From assembly GCA_002633005.1 (NCBI GenBank), contig NMRA01000683.1, positions 76,657 to 140,656 of the forward strand: DNA of 64,000 nucleotides, written 5' to 3'. Source of the DNA: Phoronis australis. Lineage: Eukaryota > Animalia > Phoronida. Position 1 is the first letter of the stretch. Each line of letters opens with the position of its first letter. Of the stretch, positions 14,201 to 25,669 are shown piece after piece. The position numbers and the translations under genes were made by a program. The notes under the pieces are model-generated. The model was given only the letters and a program-made list of their open reading frames with translations. It did not search any database and was not told the DNA's origin.

Positions 14201-17200
14201 GCAAACCGTGCGTATACTCGTGCCTGTATCACGACAACAATCCAAACATGACAAGCACGGCGCACAACTTGTGTGATGGCAAGGTACATGCAACGTCTCA
14301 CTTCTTTTGTTGATTGTGATAGCTATGTGTATATATGTTACCTGAAGGGTTTGTCACCTCGACAATGTACCTAGTTGGTTCAAATGCAAAGGAAGATTTA
14401 CCGTCAATTTCAAGTTTTTATCGTAAGATGTCCTGGGATCACGGCCAGATAAAAAGGTACAACTTGGTCAGATCAGTGCCAAGTTATCCGTTAAGCTTAT
14501 TGCAAATAAGCTACAGCTTAGGGGCCCCTCACAAAATAAGGACTCCTCCTTGTGTCCATAGCGGACCCTCGGAAATTATATGGGGGGTGGTTGAATACTG
14601 TGGTATTCCAGGAGTAGCTTAGTGCTCAAAAATTGTGGTGACGGGGCTCTGCAGCTCAAAGTTTTAGGTCGGCATTTTATGGCATAGGGACCCCGTGAAA
14701 CCTTAAACCGACATTATGCTACAAGAATACTTAAGCCAAAGTACCATATCCCATCATTTGGGGCTCCTGTTGTTCCCAGATTGATACTCATTTTACGAAG
14801 CAGACGCCGTAGCTGTTCTATCTTTATGGTGACACTCTTCACCCCCATGATAAAATTCTAATTGCGTCCATGACCGATTGTATGTGCCCTTTGGTGATTA
14901 GCCTGGGCTGCGATCCATGCGACACGATTATTGCAGGAAATACAAAAACCACGTTAAGTCGCGCAACAGAAAGGCGATTGACTCGCCAGTAACTTGAAAT
15001 TTTGCTCGACGTGTAAATGCCCGACAGTGAAATGGCTGGTTGACGAAGGTTAAATCTAAAGTAATGGGAGTTCATTTAAGCTGTAAGTAACCACAATCGA
15101 CATTTCCCGCTTAAAATACTTTGGGAGTGTCCTTCGTTTCTGGAACGTGACCCTGCGTCCTTTCTTTTGAGAGTACGACTGTAATTTCAATACTTGGCCA
15201 TGTGAGTAAAAATTCTACTTGTAGGTAACCGTGATGGACCGAATCCTCTTCATCGTGCTGTCCGCATTCTGCTCCGTGAATATCGTCAAAGAGTTCCTTC
15301 AGATGTTCCAGCAAAAGTTGAGATACTTCCTTGACGTGATCAACCTAATAGACTGGTCGCTGCTCATTACGACGGGCATATACCTGGTTCCGGGCCTATT
15401 CCACCTGTCTGGGGTCATATGCTTCAATCTACAATGGGAGGCGGGTGCACTGGCTGTGTTCCTGGCGTGGTTCAATCTGCTCTTATTTATGCAGAGGCAA
15501 GTTAACCTACTCCTCCGAAAAGAGCCCATCCATTGATTAGTGAATATGGTTTAGACACAAGATGAAGCGCCCCATTGCTAAAATGGAAATGCGATCATAC
15601 ATTTACCTTTCCATGTTAACTTGGACGCAGTAAATTGAATAAATGTTATGTCCACTATTTGACCACTAGCACGAGTCTAAAACCACACAACACTTTTAAC
15701 CACGACAGTTTGTTGTTTTTCCATTAGTCGGCAAACAAACGCCGCATTAGGAGCGCTAACTGCTATTGCATGGTTGGATTTGGTGTTTTACCTCTGCTAT
15801 CATGCGGTTTTGCATCTGATTTCGTACTTGTAGAAAACAACCCTTGCTGTTTCAGATGGGAGATGTTCGGGATATACATCGTGATGTTCCTCGAAATTCT
15901 GCGGACGTTGCTTCACGTTGTCGTCGTATTCTCTATAGTCATATTTGCATTCGGGTTTGCGTTCTACTTGCTTCTTGCTAATGAGGTAAGCCTTGGCAAT
16001 GTCTGGTAATTTAATAGATAACCGTGAGTGATGAACAGCACTTGGTGACATTACGTGGTTAATGATTGGACGTACAGGAATCAGCTTTGTCTTTTTGGCA
16101 AACACTAAGCAGAAATGCATCTTCAATTTAACAACTGCAGCAACGTGTCACAAAATCATTGCATAATGTTTTGAGGAATGACGTACAAATGAATGAAATG
16201 TCACAAGACGACAATATCCGTTCTGCTCCTAGGTCTCCTAGGTTGATGTGATTCTTGTATGGCGTGGCTAAAAGAACTGTTTCACGTTTCCTTACAACGT
16301 GCATTTATCACTGCAGGCTAACGGAGCATACAGTACGGCACCCTTGTCCGTCTTTACCACCATTATAATGATGCTGGGTGAAATGAACGTCAGAGACTCC
16401 ATCATCATCCCCTTTGTGGACAATGACCCCAACAACCTCCACTTCTCTGCGATGACGTTTACTCTCCTGACAGTGTTCATCCTGTTCATGCCGATCCTAT
16501 TGATGAACTTGTTGGTAATAAAGCCACTCACTCATTTGCGGCCGAACTGCTGCATTCCTTCCCACGACCAGTCACGTTGTTAGGCCACAAGCTGTTCTAA
16601 ATTGTCAGATTGGGACAAGTTGTTCAGACCTAATAAGCACAAACTGTCATGAATTTTCGTTGTTGCAATAATTCGTGGCTTGTCAGGTTGCAAAAACTCT
16701 CGTTACCCTCAAACCACGTGTCATCGCAAAATAATCAAAACCCATCAAACACAAAGTGACAGGTTGTACAAGCCTCCGCAGGGTTGAGGGACTCAGAGAA
16801 CTTCAGTGCGACAGTTTAGGCAAGGTATATACGAACTGTTGCTCTTTGAAGGTTACAAGAGTTTGTGCAACCAAACAGACCAATAAAAATTGCGATAGTT
16901 TTTACCTGGAAGTTCTTTACAAACTGTCGCTCCCCTTGATTTTGAGGATTGCGACAGTTTGTTCAGTTGCTAATCAGATTGTGTGATGCATCCTCTTATT
17001 AGAAAAAAATTGGTCCTTAAATATACTGTTTCTTCACATGCGACGTTATGTATATCTTACGACTTTTGGAGATTTTCTTGCGCTCTCCCGTGTACGAGTT
17101 CGTGTCTAACTTTTTAGCGCGCAAAAATGGTCTAAACACTACTATTGGTCGTACGCGATAGTCTTATACGAAAAAAATTGAGTGTGTAGACAGGGCATTT

Positions 17201-20200
17201 CATTCCAACCTACGATCGAGATCGCGTGCGACAATCAGAGCTTTGATTTTAGTCGATTTTCGTATACGACAATCGACTAACTTCACCAATAACTATATTA
17301 ACGATACCGGTGAACTTACATGTATCTCTATCGATAAAACTGTTGTCTTTAACGATGAATGTACACTGTCGAAACACTGTTCACATTTACCGATTGTCAT
17401 ATACAATGATCGGTAATCTGTATTGTTAAAAGCGACGGCAACCTTTTTTCATGTCACTTTTAGCAAAAATAAGGTCTGTTGATTATCCCAGATATATGTA
17501 TTTTCACTTAATTACAGCTTTTCGTAATTTAATTAATTTCTCGTCCTCTACTCCGGAAGTGACGTTTTGGGAGGCAAGAATTTCGCGCCAATTTCTATTC
17601 ATACAGTCACATTGTGAGAGCTGTCAAGCAGTCATTGTTCTACCTCGGATGTGATAAGTTCGGTCGTCGTTTGCTTTTGTTTACAAGTCAGTCAACATGC
17701 CACGCTGTTACTTTTCTTGTCGAAAGACATACATGTACTAACTATGTTGTATAGTTATAAAGTAGAAGGAAGAGTAAGTCCATTTATAGTAGCACTACAT
17801 GTATGTACCATTTTTATTGACAGTCAGTAACTTTGTCGACAGGTTTGTTAAGTATATGGATAAAGTTAACAAGTCCACCGACGGAGATAATAAATCTATC
17901 GAAAGAATTAGGTCGGCCTTCGGTAGAGCTTTGTTGTGAGAGAGAAACCCCGCGTTGATCTTTTCCAGCCACCGTACGCATGCACTTTCCAGTATTTCAC
18001 ACCAATCTGGCTGTAGTTTAATCGAGGTATACGGATGCTACAGCTGATCTGGGCCACTTTTAGCAGAAAATTATTTGGGAACATTTATGGCCAAATAAGT
18101 TCACCATAAGATCATGGGCGGCACACCATAGGGGGCTGAGGGGAATATAGCCCCACTTTTCTCAGTGGTACGCTGCCCATGGTCTACAGACCGTGCACCG
18201 CAGGGAGGCTGGAGGACTTTAGCCCCCCACTTTTTTCAGTGCTGGGCCGCCCATGAAGATGTGATTTCGAAAAATTTTTCTTAACCTTGATTGCTACAAG
18301 TTTTCCTTAGCGACAACAGCTGTCCTTAGAGGTCAAAAAGAGCAGCTGGTAAAAATATCGGATGTTGTACATATTTCCAGGGATACACATCCTAGTACAG
18401 TTGAAGCAAGCATCTTCTTGCATAGGCCATTCACGTAATTTGCAAAATGTCATCCATTTCTCTCCTTGAAAAACAAGGGTTCTTGGACAGGAGTTATCTT
18501 GTGTCATCATAGAACATTAAACAGAGGTTATTAAACGGGACATGTTAGACAATGTCTATGCATCCTCCATAAAGCATTTGAATGAAACCATCACACTTGT
18601 AATTTATACCTTGATTGTAGATCGGTCTCGCTGTCGGCGACATCGAAAGTGTTAAAAGCAACGCCCGGTTGAAACGTCTGGCGATGCAGGTAGGTCAAAA
18701 TATCGATAAAAGTCCAACACAGAATTAATGCGTTTGTCCAAAACAGTAAAATGATTATGCTAACAGTTCGCTGGTATCGCCCCAGTCATACTACTGTGGT
18801 TATCACTGCTGTTTACAATGATCAGTTTCAACTGCTTTAAGTTTGAGGAAGGAGTGACAACGAAGGGAGAGTGGCAAAATTGTGCGAGGACAATTTGCGA
18901 TTTTAATTACCAAATGATGTCCGTTTGTTTAGTTTTTAAAATCTATAGTTAACGTAAATTCATGTAATTTATTCAGTTTAAGTGGTTGCCACTTTGGAAT
19001 TCCAACGGAGAAAGTAGTACTGTTTTGGTCACGTGACGATGATTATCTTTATTGTCACGTGACCGTACAATATCCCTTTAGGTTGTTGCACGGACACGTT
19101 AGACGGTTGTTGCACGGCTGTATCAAGACGTGTGTGGTATAATGTAACATAATTTCATAACCCAAGCATGTCTTGTTCAAAAACTATCAATTCATCGAGT
19201 TTGATAATTTGTGGAAACGGTGTCTACAGATTGTCGTTCAACAACTAAATTACATCCTTCTTTTACATGAAAACCATTTATGAACCAAATATAAACCCAC
19301 TTGAGTTATGATTTAATTATGCTGATATAAATGGGAACAGAGATCTTTTCAGACGTACTATATGTCACGTCACGGGACCAACGTGTTGAAATATTCCCTG
19401 ATGAGTTGTTGGTTACAGTTTCAAAGGTATAAATAAATATAATAAAACAATAATAACCAGTCTTCCTAAAGTAGCCCTAAAATGTAACTATGGAAAGTTC
19501 GGTGTTAGACTGTGTCTTTTTCAAAGGTCTTTTGATTTGTGAGGCAATGATGGCAACGGCTCCATAATAAAACCAAAGACAAGGAAAACAAAGTCAATGC
19601 AACATTGATGATGCCTCAGTAAAAGTGCTGCGTTAACAGGCATTTGCTATGTGTCCACCAAACAAAGCCACATCAAACGTTTTAGACGAAACTATATTTT
19701 CAGTCAATAACACTGATAGCATGGTCGTGGCCTGCACAAAGGTACCTAGGTAAAGATGAAATGGCAAAGTATAAACTGGAATAAAGCAAGTTCGCGTGGA
19801 TGATTATGTACTGTGAATCTAATGAAAATTGGGCAGTGGTTCAACCCTATCTCCAGTTTAGTGCTGAAATCCACCCAGGGGAGTAGCTAGGGATTTCTGC
19901 TGCCCGGCTCAGATCATAGCGTTGGCGTCCCACATCTAGCAACCATCTCCACACCAACTTGTCAGACAACCCCGTAGCCGTAGCTACATATATGTGTATG
20001 TCAACGTTGCCCCCGCTCACCAATCAATTCCCATCTATACCCGCTGATCCACCTGAGCTATTTTAAGATATTGACTTATTGAATAGAAAAATTGGACTGG
20101 GGTTGCCAAACAATATCCCAGGAAATCCATAGATTCATAAAAGTCTTATTTTCAGCCGGTCAACGTTAAATTCAGGATGAGAATTTGCTCATGGAAACAA

Positions 20201-23200
20201 TGCTGTTCGCTTACTTGTCCTTAGAGCAAAAATAACCAAAACCTGACAACCAAAATGGTATACAGAAATAGAGTTAAAAAGTTGATAATAACTTAGTGGT
20301 GGCATAAACTAACTTTCATTGAACAATAATCTGTTGATACACAGTCGGTGAAATTTGGTAGCCGGCAATGTAATGATATTTTAGGAGACCGCACTGGAAT
20401 TTGTCGGGTCTGTCATGCCAACGAAAGCTTTTTGCAAAATCAAGAACAGGAGTGTTGACACTGTAGTCGTAAGTTTTCTGACTAACTCAGTTGCAGAGCA
20501 CTTGGATGTTCTCAAAGCAGTCGCGAGGGAGCATCCCGGTTACCTTCACAACTCAAAAGACGACAAGGTGATCCAATAGATCTGAAGAACCTTGTGATAA
20601 GCTGAGAACATACCGAAATTCATACTGTTTAGGGAATGCAGGGCTAAGCGTAGATGCGGCCAGTGCAATTGACGGGGTTGTCGACTTATTTTGCCAAGAA
20701 ATCGCTAGGTTATCGTGAAATGTACCGAAAGAGTCTCAGTTGGTGATATTATGAACAAAAAAATGAAGCATTGAAGGCAGGATTACTACATCTCTCAAAA
20801 CTCAGTCAAGCAGGCAACCGAAAATACACTGCAAATTCTCGCGGCCAGGCCCGTGATATCTCGGGATCCAAAGTTTTACACTAGTGGCCATGGGTCACGT
20901 GCGGGAGTTGGCATTCCAGTTGCTCCAGTTCCGTTGTTGATTTGCACACAAACACGATGACAACATTTACAGTTGTGATAAAACATCAAGGAAATCATCA
21001 GTTTGTTATTGTTTTGCAAATAGGTGGAGCTGCACACTGAGCTAGAAAGTAACCTCCCTATGCGACTTCTGAAGTGGGTTGACAAAACAGAGATTAAAAC
21101 TTACCCCAACTGTAAAGGTTACTTGTTGTCGCAGGTAAGTAAAAAGTTCACAGCTTCATGCAACGGATATTTTCTTAAGTAGGGGTATAGAGAGAGGTGA
21201 GTTAGAGAGTGAGGGGATAGAGAGAGAGAGANNNNNNNNNNNNNNNNNNNNNNNNNNNNNNNNNNNNNNNNNNNNNNNNNNNNNNNNNNNNNNNNNNNNN
21301 NNNNNNNNNNNNNNNNNNNNNNNNNNNNNNNNNNNNNNNNNNNNNNNNNNNNNNNNNNNNNNNNNNNNNNNNNNNNNNNNNNNNNNNNNNNNNNNNNNNN
21401 NNNNNNNNNNNNNNNNNNNNNNNNNNNNNNNNNNNNNNNNNNNNNNNNNNNNNNNNNNNNNNNNNNNNNNNNNNAGTGAGGAGATAGAGAGAGGTTAGGT
21501 ACAGAGTGGGGAGATGGAGAGAGGGGTATGGAGAGAGGTGAGGTAGAGAGTGGGGGATAGAGGGAGGGGAGATTCGGGGATATAGAGACGGGAAATAGAG
21601 AGAGGGGGTAAGGCAGTCTAAGCTGAAAACACCGAACGTTCACAGCAAGAGCTCAGTTTACAAGATAAGCTTTTTCTCACCAATTAGAAATACCGGATGT
21701 AGCAAAGCCTGTCTGCCAGTTTACCACAGACCTAGACATAGAATACTTACCAAGCACATACCTATGTGTATGATGTGGAAAGTGTCAATTTAATTAATTG
21801 CATTTCAACAACACTTATTTAAATTTGATCTTTTTTTAGAAAACAATGAAACGACTACAAACAACCGTCGTCATTCAATACATCTAATATGTAACAAATG
21901 TTCTCTTCATTCTAGTTATCCCCAAATAATACCTCTTCACCAACCTTAACACTGAAAATTATAGTATTTCTTCTTCATCGAGTTTAATAAAAGCATACAG
22001 GAAATGGAAAATGTCCTTCCAAAAACAATTACTAGTTTTGGGTAGCAGCATGCTTATGGAAACAGATCTAAAATGTAGAACGGTTCAGCGATTTTAAATC
22101 AGTGCGTAAAAAGAGTTTAAACCGTGCACTCAAATCTTTGGCAGAAACTGTGGCTTTTTCATTTTGCGTGTAATCAAAAAATTCAAGACAGTTTTAAGGC
22201 AATCAAAATACAAATTAGTACAGTTCATCATATATTTTGAACAATGAACTTGGCCCCCATTTTCTAAAAAATCGACTTGGCCTAAGGTAGAGAACACTGT
22301 AGAACGATACAAATACAAGCATTAAGTAAGTATCAGCCCAAATCTGGTTAGCAAAACAAAACTTCGAAGTAAAACTGTCAGGAAATGCGGGTTTGTTGTT
22401 TTCGTTTTATTAGAATAATCAAGTAGAACTTAATCATATGTAATACCTTCTTCCCAAGAATTTCTTAAATCTACAAGTTGTGATGAATCGGGATTTTCTT
22501 AGTGCATCTAATCTTGAAACATCTTATCATCATTTGATGAATAAAGATTTGAGTAGATTATTTTTTAGTTCCTGCAGAATTACTTCTCGATTGTTGATCA
22601 ATGTGCCCTCATCATTCATTAACATTGAAATGTTTTCATTAACGGGCTTCCTTTTTCTACATTACCTAAATGTTTAGTTGATTTCCACCGCTCTCCATTC
22701 AGCGAACACGGCATCTCATTAAACATTAGAGAATTCACAATTTGGACAAAATGGAGGACAGTGTTGCTTAATTTTTCCTAGACATTTTCTTTCTCTTTTA
22801 TTCTCTGTGTTTTAACAGAACTGTGTGGCAGAGTAAAGGATCTAATATCCACTGCGAACATGCACGTAAAGGATCGCCAATACTATTTCCATTTTCAATT
22901 TTAGCGCCTTTAATAATAGCCTTAACTTGTACTATACTTTTACATGTACGTGCTTCTTGAATAAAAAGCCTCAGTGGAACTCACCTGTTTACAGACTTTC
23001 CAAAAAGTGATGAAAACAGATGTCAAGACACCAGAGGAAGATCATGAAGAAAGTGATTCCAACCAGTACATGTATGAGGAGTTGCTTAAACAGAAACAAA
23101 GGTTCGGGTCACGAGGCTGGTCTGCTTAAATTTGTGGATTTTTTGTAAAGCCCTTCGACCCCCCACACCCCTCGACTCCTTCAACCCTCGATCCTCTCGG

Positions 23201-24845
23201 CCTACAACACTCACGACCCAAAATCCTCTTGACCCACGACCTGTGCAATTGATGTATCTCTGCGCTGTTTGCACATTTCATACTCATATTGCGTCTTGAC
23301 TTTCTCAAGACTTACCTACACGCGAATCTGCTCTGGTTCGAGTCTGAAAGTTAAAAATAGAAAGTGGCGGAAACAAATGATCTGAAAAAGCGAATTGTGA
23401 GCGTGCTATCGTTGTCACGGAAAGAGTTCCACGAGCGGCTACGAACGGCCCCGTGAACGTGAATGAACATAATATCACATGTTTATTACTTGTTTTCTGT
23501 TGTATACTTGTTTGCAATATACCTGTACTCCATGTAACGTTGAGATACTGTTTTAGCTAGCAGTTTAGTTTTTCAAACGGATGAAAATTACATTTTTGTC
23601 GGTTCCTCGATCTCTGTCACCAAAATAGCTCGAATCTGCTATTCCATTACAGCGTCCTGTCGTTCATTAACTTTTCCAGACGTGAGGGGTGCTAAACGTG
23701 CAGTAATATCTGGCTTAACTTATCTTTCATTTTTATCAGCCCACCCCAGTCAAGCTAGATACAATCTGATCGGAGATTAGAGCAATTATCAAACAAAAGA
23801 GCGCAGGCCCTCCAACCATCATCTCCAGAATGGAGTGAATTGGCTACGAGGGGTAAATTTACCAACTTGTTGTTGGGCTATACAATCGAACAAGTTGGGA
23901 GCAACGGGATGTCGCCGTCATGCCCTGAAGAACAGACGGGACAATTACACTCTGCCACTGACGACATTTGTAACGTTTAAAGGACTTTGGTTTGATTTTG
24001 TCGCGTTTTTTTCTGTTTTTGGCTTTCAAACTTGCGGAATCGATTCTCTTTATTACAAAAAGAAAGGTCAGCCGAGCTCATGGCCCGACTCGTTGGTCCT
24101 GCAAGTCAGCGCTTGTTATATGACGAGGTCAACTGGGTCGAGGTAGTTGTGGGTCGCGGGTCGAGGGGGTTGTGGGTCGTGGGTTGAGGGGCCGGGGTCA
24201 TGGGGTGAGGGGGTCGATGGGCTTTAGAACAGCCCTACATTTGTTTGTATAAACCTTTTATTTGCATTTCGTGATCCATAGTAAAACGATGATGCTATAT
24301 GCTAACCAGTTGTTTACAGGTAAAAACATGCATTAATTTTGTAACGAAGAGCAGCAATCGTGGAGCGTATTTTGTAACAAACAAGGCGAGATGGCCTCAT
24401 GTGCACACCCAGAGGCTACAGCAGATGCAGTGACATTGTAGCATAGCAGTAGAACGCACGTTGTGAACACAGTGCAAAAGTCTTCTTGCGCGGGGCAACA
24501 TGATTAAGCACTTCAGATAATTTATGGGAGTCATTGATGTCAACATCTCTGTAAATCCTTCTCGTAATCACTGTTATCCGTGCCTTGATTTCTGGTTAAT
24601 GGTTTTTCAGGGTTAAAGATTTAGCTTCAGCTATGGATAAGCAAACCGAACTACTTCGTTTAATTGTGCAAAAGATGGAAATCAAGGCTGAGAATGATGA
24701 GCAGGACGAGGGTTCCACGTACACAAGTCCCTCTTTGCCGAGTCCCCTGCAACAAAACCAAGGCCGTGCTTGGTCCTCACCAAACGTCAGGCGCGCCATC
24801 ATGAAACACTCGACAGTGTCTCATTGGAAGCAGAACATGCAGTAG
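2049..24845 (+). CDS. TRPA1: TRPA1 ankyrin-repeat cation channel, 17 coding exons visible, 5' exons upstream of the window
   Basis: Exons 2049-2285, 3537-3740, 6178-6365, 6540-6819, 8192-8358, 8835-8916, 9477-9536, 13075-13173, 13707-13777, 14109-14283, 15225-15496, 15856-15985, 16317-16514, 18621-18689, 21024-21134, 22995-23101, 24611-24845 join in phase (2685 nt, 894 aa + stop). Ankyrin TPLH repeats, YLQCP linker, HPV..YL.MKW, six TM segments, MMLGE pore, LMNLLIGLAVGDI, LKRLAMQVELHT and C-terminal coiled coil LIVQKMEI match TRPA1. Confidence 0.96.
2983..3330 (-). mobile_element. Penelope-like retroelement fragment (GIY-YIG endonuclease)
   Basis: YIGQT...LSRRLTMH...GAIQDH...LKVLESLLI...PVLNEQ. 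Confidence 0.8.
3537..3740 (+). CDS. TRPA1: TRPA1 exon (ankyrin, GAFIDAEDKEERTALHLAAS...)
   Basis: tctag/ acceptor, /gtaaga donor, phase 0-0. Confidence 0.92.
3774..3921. mobile_element. TTAA-flanked MITE with ~63-bp TIRs (Kolobok-like AGG...CCT ends), centre collapsed at an N
   Basis: aggagaaggcaacc...ggttatcctaga and its inverted copy; TTAA at 3770-3773 and 3922-3925. Confidence 0.75.
5237..5637. mobile_element. PIF/Harbinger-like MITE
   Basis: ~40-bp TIRs GGCCCGGTCTC..TACTCGAAA..GAACTCGA; CTG duplicated at 5234-5236 and 5638-5640. Confidence 0.8.
6178..6365 (+). CDS. TRPA1: TRPA1 exon (ankyrin, GCTPLHYASREG...SPLHFAAK)
   Basis: ttacag/ acceptor, /gtatgt donor, phase 0-2. Confidence 0.93.
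6540..6819 (+). CDS. TRPA1: TRPA1 exon (ankyrin, YGRLNTCRRLL...ENNNK)
   Basis: ttgcag/ acceptor, /gtgtgg donor, phase 2-0. Confidence 0.93.
8192..8358 (+). CDS. TRPA1: TRPA1 exon (DTAIHNASREG...ITHAR)
   Basis: caacag/ acceptor, /gtactc donor. Confidence 0.9.
8835..8916 (+). CDS. TRPA1: TRPA1 exon (WREVMDLQSADGNPIYLLIQFLPDVCL)
   Basis: ttgcag/ and /gtaagt; aligns by eye to human RWDECL...CPITEMIEYLPECM. Confidence 0.9.
9477..9536 (+). CDS. TRPA1: TRPA1 exon (AVLDRCKTHPKLNSKHKDFY)
   Basis: ttttag/ and /gtaagt, 60 nt, phase 0-0. Confidence 0.88.
9872..11860 (+). mobile_element. Non-autonomous element with subterminal inverted repeats (Helentron/HINE-like), copy 1
   Basis: ggggactgccaagctgaaa at 9883 and ttttgagctaggcaacccc at ~11803-11823; both ends match the inverted copy at 25670-27837. 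Confidence 0.5.
11968..12762 (+). mobile_element. MULE-like non-autonomous element with CTCGACC/CCACGAC subterminal repeats, copy 1
   Basis: GG...CC ends (ggattgtactaaa / ttaagaacaatcc); internal blocks match 23136-24235 in reverse. Confidence 0.65.
13075..13173 (+). CDS. TRPA1: TRPA1 exon (YHYDFQYLQCPL...PLHALN)
   Basis: tttcag/ and /gtaagt; YLQCP motif. Confidence 0.92.
13707..13777 (+). CDS. TRPA1: TRPA1 exon (pre-S1, HMVKFNRVDCLSHPVSVQYLDMKW)
   Basis: tttcag/ and /gtgaga. Confidence 0.92.
14109..14283 (+). CDS. TRPA1: TRPA1 exon (S1 and first extracellular loop)
   Basis: tttag/ and /gtacat; WAYGVWFHGLNLIQYLVFLILLT. Confidence 0.9.
15225..15496 (+). CDS. TRPA1: TRPA1 exon (S2-S4), ends at a GC donor
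   Basis: ttgtag/ acceptor; AG/GCAAGT donor gives the in-frame MQR-WEMFG junction. Confidence 0.9.
15856..15985 (+). CDS. TRPA1: TRPA1 exon (S4-S5 linker, S5)
   Basis: tttcag/ and /gtaagc; GIYIVMFLEILRTL...AFGFAFYLLL. Confidence 0.93.
16317..16514 (+). CDS. TRPA1: TRPA1 exon (pore helix, S6)
   Basis: ctgcag/ and /gtaata; MMLGEMN, FMPILLMNLL. Confidence 0.93.
18113..18255. mobile_element. 143-bp MITE with 5-bp target duplication
   Basis: TIR CATGGGCGGC/GCCGCCCATG; AAGAT at 18108-18112 and 18256-18260. Confidence 0.75.
18621..18689 (+). CDS. TRPA1: TRPA1 exon (IGLAVGDIESVKSNARLKRLAMQ)
   Basis: ttgtag/ and /gtaggt; TRP-like helix. Confidence 0.93.
21024..21134 (+). CDS. TRPA1: TRPA1 exon (VELHTELESNLP...YPNCKGYLLSQ)
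   Basis: aatag/ and /gtaagt. Confidence 0.9.
21181..21610. repeat. GA-rich purine microsatellite spanning an N gap
   Basis: gagagagag/ggggatagag tracts on both sides of gap 21232-21474. Confidence 0.85.
22995..23101 (+). CDS. TRPA1: TRPA1 exon (TFQKVMK...YEELLKQKQR)
   Basis: ttacag/ and /gttcgg; start of coiled coil, phase 0-2. Confidence 0.85.
23136..24235 (-). mobile_element. MULE-like non-autonomous element, copy 2 (inverted relative to copy 1)
   Basis: 9-bp duplication taaatttgt (23127-23135) / tacatttgt (24236-24244); TIR-like aaagccc.tcgacccc at both ends. Confidence 0.7.
24611..24845 (+). CDS. TRPA1: TRPA1 last coding exon (VKDLASAMDKQTELLRLIVQKMEI...)
   Basis: tttcag/ acceptor; coiled coil and acidic cluster ENDEQDEG; TAG stop. 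Confidence 0.92.
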
Positions 24846-25669
24846 CGTGATACTCGCGTGCAGACTCGAACACTCATCACAATAATATGTATTGAATACT
24901 TGATTCTGTGGTTTAGAATTGGGCATGAGCAGTACGTATTGCGCACTTAGCTTGTGGAAAACTAGGAGCCGTGGCGGATCAGTCTATTTTTAAATTGCCC
25001 TCTTTCTGTTCACTTACAATATTTTTGTGAACTATCCTCCAAACATCGAGGGCCGCACCTGATATTAATTGATGACATCAGTAGTTGTTTGGACACAGAT
25101 ACTTTCTGATTAATCAATCATGTAGTCACAATCTCTCTGATCTCGGCTTCGCTTTTCAACTGATGCGAGGATGATCGTTGATACCGTATTAACAATTAAC
25201 GAGTGACTGCATTAATATTTCAAAAGGTATTCGTGGAATTTCTCGAAAGACTTGTTTTTTCTTTGTATTGAAGGCTTAACCAACGGCATGAATACTGTCA
25301 CTGGAGTGCGTGAAAACGTGGCTGGCAAATTATCGAATTTTCCACGAACATCATTCGAATTTTTAAATGCACTCCAGAATTGATTGTGTGAAGTTGCCAG
25401 AAGAAAATCAAATGTGTAACAATCTTACTTTAGATATATCATGATTGCAACACTTTGACAAGGTGTCGCTGTCCGTCCAAAAGTATCTGTTTCAACTTGT
25501 CTACTTAACTGAATATTCTAAGATGCTCGGCGTAACCGTGGACTCGTGTCTTGAATTAGGTGAACTCAGTTAAGAAACCAGCGCAAAAAGTTTTAGTCAT
25601 CCGTCCAAAATTTGATTGTTGTCCAAAATAAGATTTTGATGGTCAAGTTATGCTGGAAGCAAGCAGCAT

